DNA of 64,000 nucleotides, taken from Candidatus Daviesbacteria bacterium (GTDB taxonomy: Bacteria > Patescibacteriota > Microgenomatia > Daviesbacterales > UBA10151). The notes under the pieces are model-generated. The model made no database searches and was not told the DNA's origin. It worked only from the letters and a program-made list of their open reading frames with translations. Positions 39,062 to 49,551 of this stretch are shown in pieces (within the stretch, counting starts at the first letter, position 1; each line of letters opens with the position of its first letter). Both the position numbers and the translations under genes were made by a program. Where the stretch lies: positions 161,595 through 225,594 of the forward strand of contig JACPKP010000009.1 of the NCBI GenBank assembly GCA_016186955.1, written 5' to 3'.

Positions 39062-40021
39062 ATGAAAAGTATTGGACTTTCTGTTGTGGTACCTTTTTTC
39101 AACGAAAATAGAAATCTGGAAAAGTTCCATAGAGAACTAACTTCTGTTTTAATCAAGATACCAATAGGTAGTGAAATAATTTATGTAGATGACGGCAGTA
39201 CTGATGAATCGGTAGCTACCTTAAAATCCCTTTTTCGTTCATCAAAAAAGACCAAAATTGAGACTAAACTTATTTTACTCAGACGAAACTTTGGTCAAAC
39301 TGCCGCTACCTCTGCCGGTATAGATCAATCAAAAGGAGAATTAGTATCTTTTATGGATGCGGATTTACAAAACGATCCCGAAGACTTGTTAAAATTTTTC
39401 CATGAAATTAATAAGGGTTTTGATGCTGTATTTGGTTGGAGAAAATGCAGAGAGGATTATTTCTTGCGTAATTTTGTTTCTAAGGTAGCAAATTTTATAA
39501 TACGAAAAATCTTTAATATTCCACTTCATGATGTTGGTTGTTCATTGAAAATAATTAAAAGGGAATTGCTAAATGACGTGCATCTTTATGGTGAATCGCA
39601 CAGGATAATGCCTGCTTTAGTTTACTGGAAAGGAGTCAAAATAAAAGAACTAACTGTCAGTCACAGAAAAAGAATTTATGAAAAATCAAAATATGGTTAT
39701 TCAAGAATTTTAAAATTAGTAATTGATTTAATTACCATTAAGTTTCTGAATTCGTATGGTACAAAACCGGCGTATGTATTTGGCACTCTTGGTATATGTA
39801 GTAATTTATTAGGAGTTGTTGCATTGATACTTACTCTGTATAAAAAAATATTCCTGGGTGTTTATGTCCATAAAAACCCATTGTTTTTGATTGCTATATT
39901 TTTTATATTGCTTGGTGTACAGTTCATTTTAATGGGGCTTTTGGCGGAACTGCTTGTCAGAATTTATTTTGAATCTCAAAGAAAAACAACCTATGAGATT
40001 AAAGATGCCCGGTTATACTAA
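39062..40021 (+). CDS. GtrB/ArnC-like membrane-anchored GT2 polyprenol-phosphate glycosyltransferase
   Basis: DPM1-like catalytic domain (VVVPFFNE...DDGSTDES...MDADLQND) plus two C-terminal TM helices, as in GtrB/ArnC. Confidence 0.8.
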   Translation: MKSIGLSVVVPFFNENRNLEKFHRELTSVLIKIPIGSEIIYVDDGSTDESVATLKSLFRSSKKTKIETKLILLRRNFGQTAATSAGIDQSKGELVSFMDADLQNDPEDLLKFFHEINKGFDAVFGWRKCREDYFLRNFVSKVANFIIRKIFNIPLHDVGCSLKIIKRELLNDVHLYGESHRIMPALVYWKGVKIKELTVSHRKRIYEKSKYGYSRILKLVIDLITIKFLNSYGTKPAYVFGTLGICSNLLGVVALILTLYKKIFLGVYVHKNPLFLIAIFFILLGVQFILMGLLAELLVRIYFESQRKTTYEIKDARLY

Positions 40022-41886
40022 TGTGTGGAATATCAGGGTTTGTGAATTTTTCTTCCCAGCCAAAAAGAGATATTTTTAAAAAAAGCCTTGACCGGATCTT
40101 CCATAGGGGCCCGGATTCATCGGGTATATATATTGACAAAAATGTAGCCTTAGGAGTAAGGCGACTTAGCATAATTGATCTTTCAACAGGCAACCAGCCA
40201 ATCAGCAATGAGAATAATACGGTAACAGTTGTTTTTAACGGGGAGATCTATAACTTCCAAAACTTGCGGGAAATATTAATTGCAGAAAATCACAAATTTA
40301 AGACCCAATCAGATACCGAGACGTTGGTGCATTTATATGAGAAATACGGGGAAAACATGACAAAATATTTAAACGGCATGTTTGCTTTTGCAATTTGGGA
40401 TAAATTAAACCAAAAATTATTTATGGCAAGGGATCCTGCCGGTGTTAAACCGCTGTATTTTTGGCAAAAAGAGGATAAATTGATTTTTGGATCCGAGCTA
40501 AAAACTATTTTGGGCAATCCATTAGTCAAAAGAGAGATTGATATAAAAAGCTTATCTTTATACACATATTTTGGTTATGTTCCCACAGAGAGATCAATCT
40601 TTACAAATATACATAAATTATTACCCGGTCATTCAATTACCTTTTCAAAGAGAGGTTTTAAGATGCGCCAATATTTTAAACTATCAAAAAAGAAAGATAT
40701 AGAAAATATTAACTTGGATAATTTATTTGCCGATGCAATAAAGTTACAATCTGTTGCAGATGTACCACTGGGAGTTTTTTTAAGCGGTGGCTTAGACTCA
40801 AGTTTAGTTACTTATTATTTGAGGAGAACCAATACAAAAGTTAAAACTTTCTCAATAGCATTTGATGAAAGAAGTTTTGACGAAGGTGGTTTAGCTTCAG
40901 AAGTAGCGGGTATTTTAGAAACCAAACACAGAAGCGATATTTTTTCTTATAAGGATATGATTTCGCTTTTTCCTAAGATAACGGAAAAATTAGACGAGCC
41001 TTTAGCCGACCCCTCCCTTTTTCCTACGTTTAAAGTATGTAAGTTTGCCAGAAAATATGTAAAAGTTGTTTTAAGCGGTGACGGTGGAGATGAACTATTT
41101 GGTGGATATCCCACATACCAGGGACATATACTTGCCAAGAAAACTTCTTTGGTACCTTCATTTTTAACCTCAAGTTTAAGCAGGTTGCTTAGTGTGTTAC
41201 CCAGATCCTTCGAAAATTACCCAAATGTTGAAATACTGGGCAGTTTTTTGAATGGGTTGCATAAACCGGAATTTGAAAGGCAACTATTTTGGATGAGTTT
41301 ATTTTCACAACATCCAGATAAATACCGTTTTCTTTTCAAAAATCCTTTTTTAGAGAAAGAATTGTTCAATTTTATGGGTACAGGTAAACATCATCAGGAT
41401 TGGGATGAAATAAGAAAAATGAAGGTTGATATAACCCGCAAAATGCAGCTTGTTGATTTTAATACATATTTAACGGATGACCTATTAACAAAGGTTGATA
41501 GGGCATCAATGTTTAATTCTTTAGAGGTTAGGGTTCCTTTTTTGGATCCTGAAATTATCAATTTTGCATTTTTCACTAGCCAAAACCATGTTGATTTTTT
41601 CAAAACTAAAAAAATTATAAGAAAACTATTAAAAAATAAATTGCCGGAAACAGTGATCAAAAGAAAAAAGAAAGGATTTGGTGTGCCAATCTCCAGATGG
41701 ATAGCGCATGATCTAAAAGAATTTACACAAGGTTTGCTGCAAAATAAAAAATTAGAGACCTATTTTAGCAGGGGAGAGATTTCAAAGTTATGGGTTAACC
41801 ATCAAAACCGAAAAGAAGATAATGGAAAAATAATTTGGATGTTGGTTATGTTTAGTGGGTGGTTAAATAATTGGGGTAAAGAGTGA
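40021..41886 (+). CDS. asnB: asparagine synthetase (glutamine-hydrolysing) family amidotransferase
   Basis: MCGISGF N-terminal nucleophile Cys2; SGGLDSS PP-loop; 621 aa. Confidence 0.85.
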   Translation: MCGISGFVNFSSQPKRDIFKKSLDRIFHRGPDSSGIYIDKNVALGVRRLSIIDLSTGNQPISNENNTVTVVFNGEIYNFQNLREILIAENHKFKTQSDTETLVHLYEKYGENMTKYLNGMFAFAIWDKLNQKLFMARDPAGVKPLYFWQKEDKLIFGSELKTILGNPLVKREIDIKSLSLYTYFGYVPTERSIFTNIHKLLPGHSITFSKRGFKMRQYFKLSKKKDIENINLDNLFADAIKLQSVADVPLGVFLSGGLDSSLVTYYLRRTNTKVKTFSIAFDERSFDEGGLASEVAGILETKHRSDIFSYKDMISLFPKITEKLDEPLADPSLFPTFKVCKFARKYVKVVLSGDGGDELFGGYPTYQGHILAKKTSLVPSFLTSSLSRLLSVLPRSFENYPNVEILGSFLNGLHKPEFERQLFWMSLFSQHPDKYRFLFKNPFLEKELFNFMGTGKHHQDWDEIRKMKVDITRKMQLVDFNTYLTDDLLTKVDRASMFNSLEVRVPFLDPEIINFAFFTSQNHVDFFKTKKIIRKLLKNKLPETVIKRKKKGFGVPISRWIAHDLKEFTQGLLQNKKLETYFSRGEISKLWVNHQNRKEDNGKIIWMLVMFSGWLNNWGKE

Positions 41887-41901
41887 TATACTCATTTTAA
41901 G

Positions 41902-43593
41902 TTGAAAAAAATTTACTGGATACTTTTTATTTTAATATTTTCTCTGAGTGTCTTTTTGAGGGTATGGCAGCTGAATAAGGCGCCTGTTGAGCTTTTTGGT
42001 GACGAGATAGATGTTGGTTTACAGGCATATTCTATTTCAAAAACAGGCAAGGATTATTTCGGTAATACGTTACCTATCATGTTTCATTCATTTAGCGAAT
42101 ACAGGCTACCCTTTTTTATATATTCTGCAGTTCCATTTATAAACATATTTGGTTTGAATGAATGGGGTGTGAGGCTAACAGGAGTGTTTTGGGGACTTTT
42201 AGGTATCATCGGAATTTTTCTTCTGGCAAAAGATATTTTCAATTTCAGAATAAGTATAATAGCATTTTTTTTATTAGCTATTACCCCATGGCATCTTCAG
42301 TATTCAAGGCAGGCAGGCATTGAATCCGGCATGTTACTTACCTTTATTATTTTTGCAGTCTGGTTTTTTATAAAAGGGCTTAAAAAATATACGTGGTTAT
42401 TAATATCGGTTCTGCTTTTTTCTTTGTCAATCTATGTTTATGCAACGGCCCTAATATTTGTAGTAATTTTGAGTATTTGCCTTTTAACTCTTTTTTGGAA
42501 AGATATTAAAAAACAGGGGGTTATGAAAATAACACTTCTGGTAATTTTATGTTTTGTAATATTAATTCCGTATACAAATTTATACTCTAGCGGTAAGGCC
42601 GGACAAAGATTTTCTACGATTTCAATTTTTGGCGATAAAGATATTAATGATGAGATATTTTCAAGAAGAAACCAGGAAGCAGTCCCTTTTTCGTCGATAT
42701 TCCATAACCGTTTTTTAACTTTTGGCCAGGAAATTGGAAAAAATTATTTGCGCTCTTTTTCGACAGAATTTTTATTTGTTAACGGTGACCCCAATCTTCG
42801 GCAATCAGTCGGAGGAGTGGGTGAGTTTTTTATTTTTGAACTGATTTTAATACTTTTGGGGTTTTATGTGTTTTTTAAGAAAGGTTATAAAAAAGAAGCC
42901 AAGATACTGCTTTTCTGGTTGTTGATTGCCCCTATACCTTCAAGCCTGACAAAAGATGGTGGTTATCATGCCTCAAGGCTGATGTTGATGTTAGCCCCCC
43001 TGGTTTTATTTGCAGCTTTGGGCTTAAATTATCTGACTGAACAGGTTGGTAACATCAAGAAAATACTGCTGATTTTGATCACTGGCTTAGCTGTTTTGAA
43101 TATAACAATTTATCTGCATAGATATTATACAGAATGGCCGAAGGATAGTTTCAGATTTTGGCAAGGCGGGTATAAGGAAGCGATAAGCTATATTAAAACT
43201 GAAGATTTAAAATATTCAAGAATTTATTTTAATAATACGTATGAACCTGCCCTACCAAGGTTTATGTTTTGGTATGCCTATGATCCTATAAAATTCCAGA
43301 AAGTATTTTATGGATCGGTTGCAGAAAAAGATATTGTGCCAGGATTTAATGGTTTTAAATTAGAAGATAAGTATTATTTTGGTATTCTCAATAATCTAAT
43401 TGAGGATAAGGGGTTTGCCCAGTTGATGAAAGATAAAGAGCTATATTTGGTGTCAGTAAGGGATGAGGTTGGCTCGGCTGATTGGGAATCTTCACCGCCG
43501 GTTCATTTAAATATATTAAAAAAAATATATAATCCGGTAAACAGAAAACCAATTCTTTTTGTTGTTACAAAAAAGGATGTCAAAAATGACTAA
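41902..43593 (+). CDS. GT-C membrane glycosyltransferase, PMT/ArnT-like
   Basis: LRVWQLNKAPVELFGDEIDVGLQAYSISKTGKDYFGN motif; polytopic plus C-terminal soluble domain. Confidence 0.75.
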   Translation: MKKIYWILFILIFSLSVFLRVWQLNKAPVELFGDEIDVGLQAYSISKTGKDYFGNTLPIMFHSFSEYRLPFFIYSAVPFINIFGLNEWGVRLTGVFWGLLGIIGIFLLAKDIFNFRISIIAFFLLAITPWHLQYSRQAGIESGMLLTFIIFAVWFFIKGLKKYTWLLISVLLFSLSIYVYATALIFVVILSICLLTLFWKDIKKQGVMKITLLVILCFVILIPYTNLYSSGKAGQRFSTISIFGDKDINDEIFSRRNQEAVPFSSIFHNRFLTFGQEIGKNYLRSFSTEFLFVNGDPNLRQSVGGVGEFFIFELILILLGFYVFFKKGYKKEAKILLFWLLIAPIPSSLTKDGGYHASRLMLMLAPLVLFAALGLNYLTEQVGNIKKILLILITGLAVLNITIYLHRYYTEWPKDSFRFWQGGYKEAISYIKTEDLKYSRIYFNNTYEPALPRFMFWYAYDPIKFQKVFYGSVAEKDIVPGFNGFKLEDKYYFGILNNLIEDKGFAQLMKDKELYLVSVRDEVGSADWESSPPVHLNILKKIYNPVNRKPILFVVTKKDVKND

Positions 43594-44281
43594 ACTTACC
43601 TCCTTGTCAATATTTTTTCCTGCTTTTAATGAAGAAAAAAATATACCAATTGTAATAGCGCAGGTTTTATCCGTGGCGCCGAATATAAGTAAAAAATTTG
43701 AAATCATCATTATAAACGACGGATCAGTGGATGGTACAAAAGAAGTAGTAGAGAGAACTACCAGAAAAAATAAAAATGTAAGACTGGTAAACCATAAAAA
43801 AAACTTAGGGTATGGGGCTGCTTTAAAGTCGGGTTTTTATAACAGTAAATATGACTATATTACCTATATGGACTCAGACGGTCAATTTAATTTTTCCCAA
43901 ATTGAAAAATTAATTTCCAAAATTGGCAAAACGGATATAGTTGTCGGATTTAGAATTAAAAGAGCGGATAGATTGATACGGGTTTTAAACGGAAAGCTTT
44001 GGAATTTAATGGTCAGTCTTTTACTGGGGATTAATTTAAAAGATATCGATTGTGGGTTTAAGTTGGTTAAAAAAGAGGTTATTGAAAAAATCCCAAGATT
44101 GGAATCAAATGGCGCAACTATTTCAGCTGAACTTTTAGTTAAAGCGAAAAAAATGGGGTTTAAAATAGAACAGGTTGGTCTTGTCCATGAGCCCCGAAGA
44201 TTCGGCAATGCTACAGGAGGCAATCCGCTGCATATTTTCAGGGCATTTTATGACCTTTTTAAGTTATTACCTAAACTATGA
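43586..44281 (+). CDS. GT2 polyprenol-phosphate glycosyltransferase (DPM1-like)
   Basis: SIFFPAFNEEKNI...INDGSVDGT...MDSDGQ...DCGFK; ATG 43586 overlaps upstream stop; alternative ATG 43577. Confidence 0.8.
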   Translation: MTKLTSLSIFFPAFNEEKNIPIVIAQVLSVAPNISKKFEIIIINDGSVDGTKEVVERTTRKNKNVRLVNHKKNLGYGAALKSGFYNSKYDYITYMDSDGQFNFSQIEKLISKIGKTDIVVGFRIKRADRLIRVLNGKLWNLMVSLLLGINLKDIDCGFKLVKKEVIEKIPRLESNGATISAELLVKAKKMGFKIEQVGLVHEPRRFGNATGGNPLHIFRAFYDLFKLLPKL

Positions 44282-45951
44282 AAATGCTACTTGCAGGAAT
44301 AATTGCATTAGGGTTTTTATTAAGAGTTATTTGGCTTGACCAGTTTCCGGTGGGTTTTACAGGTGATGAAGCACAGCAGGGATACAGCGCTTACTCTATT
44401 TTAAAAACAGGCAGGGATGAATGGGGGCAATTTTTGACACTCTTCCCAAGAGGTTTTGGCGATTATAAACCGCCACTTTACACATACCTTTCTATTCCTT
44501 CAGTTGCAATTTTTGGTCTTAATGACTTTGCCGTCAGATTCCTCACTGCATTACTTGGGACTTTGACAATACTTATAGCTTATTTTTTAGGAAAAGAATT
44601 ATTTAGTAGAAATGTAGGTATTTGGTCTGCACTGCTTTTGGCTATTTCTCCTTGGGGCATACAATTATCCAGAACCGCTTTTGAGGGAGGTATAGGGATA
44701 CCAATATTTGGTTTAGGTTTATTATTTTATCTGCGGAGTAAAAGACCTGACCGCCGCAGACCTAAAAGAAACCAACTTTTCTTAATTCTATCATTTCTAA
44801 TCTTCGGATTTAATCTTTATTCCTATCATTCATGGAGACTGTTTACGATAATATTTTTACCGGTAATTATAATAAATGAATATCTAGAAAACAAAAAATG
44901 GAAAACACTGCTTCTCCCGGTTTTAATATTTTCCTTATTTCTTTTACCATTAGTTTCTAATTCAGCAACGGTTTTAAAAAGATCGAGTGATGTAAGTATA
45001 TTTTCAGAAAAAAACATAAAAAATTATTTCGTTAATAAAGGCACTTCGGATTTACCGGAAAATATAGCGAGAATATTTGACAACAAAATAATATTTATAA
45101 CAGACCAATTTTTAACTAATTACCTGTCTTATTTTTCGCCGACATTTTTTTTCACCGGCTCCCGGCCGGATAATTCATACCTTAATTTTCCCGGCACACC
45201 TTTGATGTATTTTGTGGAAATAATATTTGTAGGCGTTGGCATCTTAGGCTTGATGAAAAATAAAGAGAAAAATGCAAAATTAATTTATACATGCCTTATT
45301 TTCGCCCCGATCCCAGCTGCATTAACTGATGGTTTTAATGCGCAGAGAGCCACTACATTTTTACCCCTGATGACAATTATATCTGCATATGGACTAAACT
45401 CAATTATCTCGAATACAGGTATTAAATTGTTTAAAAAATATCAAAGTTTAATACAACTTATTCCCATTTTTGTCCTTCTCGGTAGTACAACTCTATTTCT
45501 TTATAACTATGTCTATAAATTGCCCAAGCACCCCGCTAATAATTTACGGTATGGATATAGGGAAGCTTTTTTGAAAGCAATTAGTTTGGAGGATCAATTT
45601 GATTCTATTGTATTTTCAAAAGAATTTTCAATGCCGCAAATATTTATTGCCTTTTATAAAAGAACAGATCCTTGGTATTTTCAAAGTTCATCACAAGATT
45701 GGTTAAGGTATGAACAAGCAAAGAAAACTTACGTAGATCAATTGGAGAGCTACAATCTGGGAAAATATGAAATAAAGGATATAAATTGGGAAAAAGAACT
45801 TAAAAGCGGTAAACATGAATTGCTGGTGAGTTCTTATAGTAATTTTCCCGAGAAAGTTAAACCGGTTTTAGATATTAAATCTCCCAAAGGTGTTATTATT
45901 TATAGATTGGTTTCAACGAGTGAAAATCAACCTGTGGAAGTGCAGAAATGA
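44278..45951 (+). CDS. GT-C membrane glycosyltransferase, PMT/ArnT-like
   Basis: LRVIWLDQFPVGFTGDEAQQGYSAYSILKTGRDEWGQ motif. Confidence 0.75.
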   Translation: MKMLLAGIIALGFLLRVIWLDQFPVGFTGDEAQQGYSAYSILKTGRDEWGQFLTLFPRGFGDYKPPLYTYLSIPSVAIFGLNDFAVRFLTALLGTLTILIAYFLGKELFSRNVGIWSALLLAISPWGIQLSRTAFEGGIGIPIFGLGLLFYLRSKRPDRRRPKRNQLFLILSFLIFGFNLYSYHSWRLFTIIFLPVIIINEYLENKKWKTLLLPVLIFSLFLLPLVSNSATVLKRSSDVSIFSEKNIKNYFVNKGTSDLPENIARIFDNKIIFITDQFLTNYLSYFSPTFFFTGSRPDNSYLNFPGTPLMYFVEIIFVGVGILGLMKNKEKNAKLIYTCLIFAPIPAALTDGFNAQRATTFLPLMTIISAYGLNSIISNTGIKLFKKYQSLIQLIPIFVLLGSTTLFLYNYVYKLPKHPANNLRYGYREAFLKAISLEDQFDSIVFSKEFSMPQIFIAFYKRTDPWYFQSSSQDWLRYEQAKKTYVDQLESYNLGKYEIKDINWEKELKSGKHELLVSSYSNFPEKVKPVLDIKSPKGVIIYRLVSTSENQPVEVQK

Positions 45952-48398
45952 AACAAATAAAACTATCAGTTATTATTCCCGCCTATAACGAAGCAGAAAA
46001 TTTTAAAAGGGGGGTGCTAGAGGAGGTTAATAAATTCTTAAAAAAACAGAAATATTTATGGGAAGTAGTACTGGTGAACGATGGTTCTACAGATGCAACC
46101 TTTAAGTTATTAAAAACCTTCTCAACGAAAAATCCTGGATTTAGGGTTTTGGATATACCCCATGGGGGTAAGGTGGCAGCTGTTTCAGCGGGAATAAAAG
46201 ATGCAAAAGGAGAGATAGTTTTATTTACTGATTTTGACCAATCAACCCCGATTAGTGAGGTAGAAAAAGTTTTACGCGAGTTCAAAAGAGGGGTTGATGT
46301 AGTGGTTGGAGAGAGGCCGAGTAAAGATGTCAACAGGTCTTTCTTCCAGATGATAAGGAGTAAAGCTTTTAATTTAGCTGTTCAGGCAGTTGCTTTACCT
46401 GGTATTAAAGATACGCAATGTGGTTTTAAAGCATTCAAAAGTGAAATCGGCAAAAAATTGTTTAACGAGCTTAAAGTGACACACCGCACCCAAAAAGGCG
46501 GGTACATGGGAGCTTTTGATGTAGAAATTTTATTTTTAGCAAGGAAATATGGATATAAAATTATCTCGATACCGGTTTCCTGGAAATATTTTAAATCAGG
46601 CAGGTTGTCATCTTTAGAACCTCTTAAAATGCTCAGGGATGTTTTTTCCGTTTGGTTGTTCGGTTTGAGTGGTCAATACCAGATCCCACAAAGCGGTGCT
46701 GAGCAAACAGGCGGGTTTAGATACCATTTTGTTGCAATTGTTATTTTGCTTATTTTAACCATCCCGGCTGTGGTTGGTGTCATTAAACCCGGGTATTTTA
46801 GGATGCATGATGATTTGCAGGCTATGAGGCAGCTTGTTATGGATAAATGCTTTAATGATTTACAAATCCCCTGCCGTTGGTCGGAGGATTTGGGCTATGG
46901 GTATGGCTATCCCCTTTTTAATTTTTATCCCCCGCTTCCATACTATTTTGGGCAGGTCATACACTGGAGCGGTTTTTCTTTTACGAATACCTTTAAAGTT
47001 TTAGTTGTCCTCAACTTTATTGTTACCGGTCTGGCAATGTATCTTTTGGCCCAGGAATTTTGGGGAAGGTGGGGGGGGCTTATTTCAGCTTTATTTTATG
47101 TTTATGCCCCTTACCATGCTGTTGATGTTTATGTCAGGGCAGCGATAAATGAAGCTTGGGCGCTGGCCTGGTTTCCTATTATATTTTGGTCTTTATACAA
47201 ATTGATTACCACCAAAAAATGGTTTTATGTCCCAATACTTGCACTATCAAGCGCTTTTTTAATGTTATCACATAACCCGATGCTGATGATTTTTGTGCCA
47301 TTTGCAATAATTTGGGCAATTTATTGGTTAGTGGTGACAAGAGAATTTAGGGTTGTTCTTAAATTGGTTGTTGGGGGAATTTGGGCCTTAGGGTTGGCTG
47401 CTTTTTTTACCCTACCGGTTATATTTGAACAAAAATATGCCCATTTGGAGACACTTGTTAGCGGATACTTTAATTATTTAGCGCATTTTGCAACAGTCAA
47501 TGAATTATTTATTTCAATAAATTGGGGATATGGTGATTCCAGGTTTGGGCCCATTGACGATATGAGCTTTGCGGTAGGACATCTGCATTGGATATTATCA
47601 TTGTTGACGCTTTCAGTTGCGTTGTTGCTTATCAGAAAAAAATTAAGGATTTCTTTAATGATTATTTTAGTTTTTTTTACGACACTTTTTTTTACATTCT
47701 TGGCACATGAAAAGTCTTCATTTATTTGGAGTGCAATAAAAAGCTTGGAATTCCTGCAGTTTCCTTGGAGATTTTTAACCCTGTCAGTCTTCGGGACCTC
47801 TTTTTTAGCAGGCAGCATTGTGTTGTTTGATCAAAAATTTTTCATCAAAACCAGACCCTTTTTTATTATCTTGGCAATTGCCGGTGTAATCTATTTAAAC
47901 AAGAATTATTTTTACTTCAAAGATTATTGGCCTTGGGTTACAGATCAGGTAAAGTTTTCCGGTGAGTTATGGAGGCTTCAGATCACCTCCGGTATTTTTG
48001 ATTACCTGCCAATTTGGGCGCCGCTTCCTCCTGCTAAGCCTCCAAATGGAGATGCTGAAGTTCCTGAAGGAATAGGAGAGGCAAGACTCTTATTTAAAAA
48101 CAGTATTAGGCAGGAATATACAGTCAGAATGCAGGAAAGCGGGGTTTTGCGTCTGAATACATTTTATTTTCCGGGTTGGAAATATTTTGTAGATGGGGTA
48201 GAGGTAAATGTTGACCCATATGAAGATAAGGAGTTGGGCAGGCCCCGCATTAAACTGGCCCCCGGAAACTATAAAGTTAGCGCTAAATTTACTAATACGC
48301 CAGTAAGAGTAATCGGGGACACTTTTTCACTGATATCTTGGCTTGCGTTAATTGTTTTAGTAGGATACAAACCATTACGAAGATTAAAAAATGTTTAA
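45948..48398 (+). CDS. fusion protein: N-terminal DPM1-like GT2 + C-terminal YfhO-like polytopic GT-C domain
   Basis: aa 1-~240 LSVIIPAYNEAEN...VNDGSTDAT...TDFDQ...QCGFK. C-terminal ~570 aa polytopic with FRMHDDLQAMRQLVMDKCFNDLQIPCRW, homologous to standalone 60479-62158. Contains G8 tract 47071-47078. Confidence 0.65.
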   Translation: MKQIKLSVIIPAYNEAENFKRGVLEEVNKFLKKQKYLWEVVLVNDGSTDATFKLLKTFSTKNPGFRVLDIPHGGKVAAVSAGIKDAKGEIVLFTDFDQSTPISEVEKVLREFKRGVDVVVGERPSKDVNRSFFQMIRSKAFNLAVQAVALPGIKDTQCGFKAFKSEIGKKLFNELKVTHRTQKGGYMGAFDVEILFLARKYGYKIISIPVSWKYFKSGRLSSLEPLKMLRDVFSVWLFGLSGQYQIPQSGAEQTGGFRYHFVAIVILLILTIPAVVGVIKPGYFRMHDDLQAMRQLVMDKCFNDLQIPCRWSEDLGYGYGYPLFNFYPPLPYYFGQVIHWSGFSFTNTFKVLVVLNFIVTGLAMYLLAQEFWGRWGGLISALFYVYAPYHAVDVYVRAAINEAWALAWFPIIFWSLYKLITTKKWFYVPILALSSAFLMLSHNPMLMIFVPFAIIWAIYWLVVTREFRVVLKLVVGGIWALGLAAFFTLPVIFEQKYAHLETLVSGYFNYLAHFATVNELFISINWGYGDSRFGPIDDMSFAVGHLHWILSLLTLSVALLLIRKKLRISLMIILVFFTTLFFTFLAHEKSSFIWSAIKSLEFLQFPWRFLTLSVFGTSFLAGSIVLFDQKFFIKTRPFFIILAIAGVIYLNKNYFYFKDYWPWVTDQVKFSGELWRLQITSGIFDYLPIWAPLPPAKPPNGDAEVPEGIGEARLLFKNSIRQEYTVRMQESGVLRLNTFYFPGWKYFVDGVEVNVDPYEDKELGRPRIKLAPGNYKVSAKFTNTPVRVIGDTFSLISWLALIVLVGYKPLRRLKNV

Positions 48399-49551
48399 TC
48401 TGCTAAAAAAACCATACATAATTTTTCTTTCTATATTTTCTGTTTACATTCTGTTTTTAGCTCTTGTCACCAGAGTTATTTTTATCTATCATTTGAGCGC
48501 TCAGAACTTATTGCTCTTAGGGCTTTTAGGTATAGATTTTTCTTTACCCTTTTGGGGGATATACCTTTTTGCAATAGGAAGTTTTTTAGTATTCAGCCTA
48601 ATCTCTTTTAAACTTTTTCCCCGCCCATACAGTTACTATCCGTTGCTAATTTATGCAATTACACCTTGGTTTCATTACCTGACTGTCGCCAGATCCGTTT
48701 ACATATATTTACTTTTTTTAACATTGATCTCTTTTTTCGGATTGATACTTATAAAACAAAAAAAGGAAAAGTTAGGTTTGGCCTTATTTTTAGCAGGAAG
48801 TTCACTTTCAATTTACAGCTTTATAACGCCCCTTTTTATGTACGCAATACTGCTTTGTATCTTGAAGATAACAAAGCTACTTAGGCCGCAAATTACCAAG
48901 GTAATGGTAATAACTTTTATTGTAACTATTATTCCTTTAGGAGCTTTAATTAGGTTCCGCCCGCAAGCTTTTGAAAATATGTATCAAAATGAAGTAACAA
49001 TTTTCTCAAACCCCGGGTTACTTTCCGACAGTAACCGCCTCCAGGGGGACTCTAAAGCCATGGGTTTTTCATATTTAGCTAAGTTATCCGAGAATAAGTA
49101 TTTTTATGTTGGGAAATATTCATTAATGAAGCTTTTATATCAATTTACACCATCAACTTATTTTACACCTGAGGAAAAATTATTAAACTTTTCGTTTACT
49201 CCTCCGCTTTTTTTGGGTTTTTTAATCCCGTTTATTTATGGATTTTATAAAATCATTTATGAAAAAAATTTGAGAAAGTACCTCTTAATTTTGCCGGTTC
49301 TTGTTCTGCCATCGTTTTTATCGCAAAAAATTGTTAATTTAAACCATCTTGTAATAATCGGACCGGCAATAATTTTATTTTCAGGTTATGGATTAACACT
49401 TCTTTCAAAAAGAAAGATACTACTTTTAATGACAATAGTAATAGTTTTAACCCAAATTTTATTTACAACTCTGGATATAGTCCAAAGAGAGGATATCCGT
49501 TACCATAAAAATTTTGGAGTAAATATTTTAAATGATTTGGGAAGACAATGA
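48391..49551 (+). CDS. polytopic membrane protein (386 aa), unknown function
   Basis: ~9 TM helices; coupled by overlaps to flanking GT genes. Confidence 0.45.
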   Translation: MFNLLKKPYIIFLSIFSVYILFLALVTRVIFIYHLSAQNLLLLGLLGIDFSLPFWGIYLFAIGSFLVFSLISFKLFPRPYSYYPLLIYAITPWFHYLTVARSVYIYLLFLTLISFFGLILIKQKKEKLGLALFLAGSSLSIYSFITPLFMYAILLCILKITKLLRPQITKVMVITFIVTIIPLGALIRFRPQAFENMYQNEVTIFSNPGLLSDSNRLQGDSKAMGFSYLAKLSENKYFYVGKYSLMKLLYQFTPSTYFTPEEKLLNFSFTPPLFLGFLIPFIYGFYKIIYEKNLRKYLLILPVLVLPSFLSQKIVNLNHLVIIGPAIILFSGYGLTLLSKRKILLLMTIVIVLTQILFTTLDIVQREDIRYHKNFGVNILNDLGRQ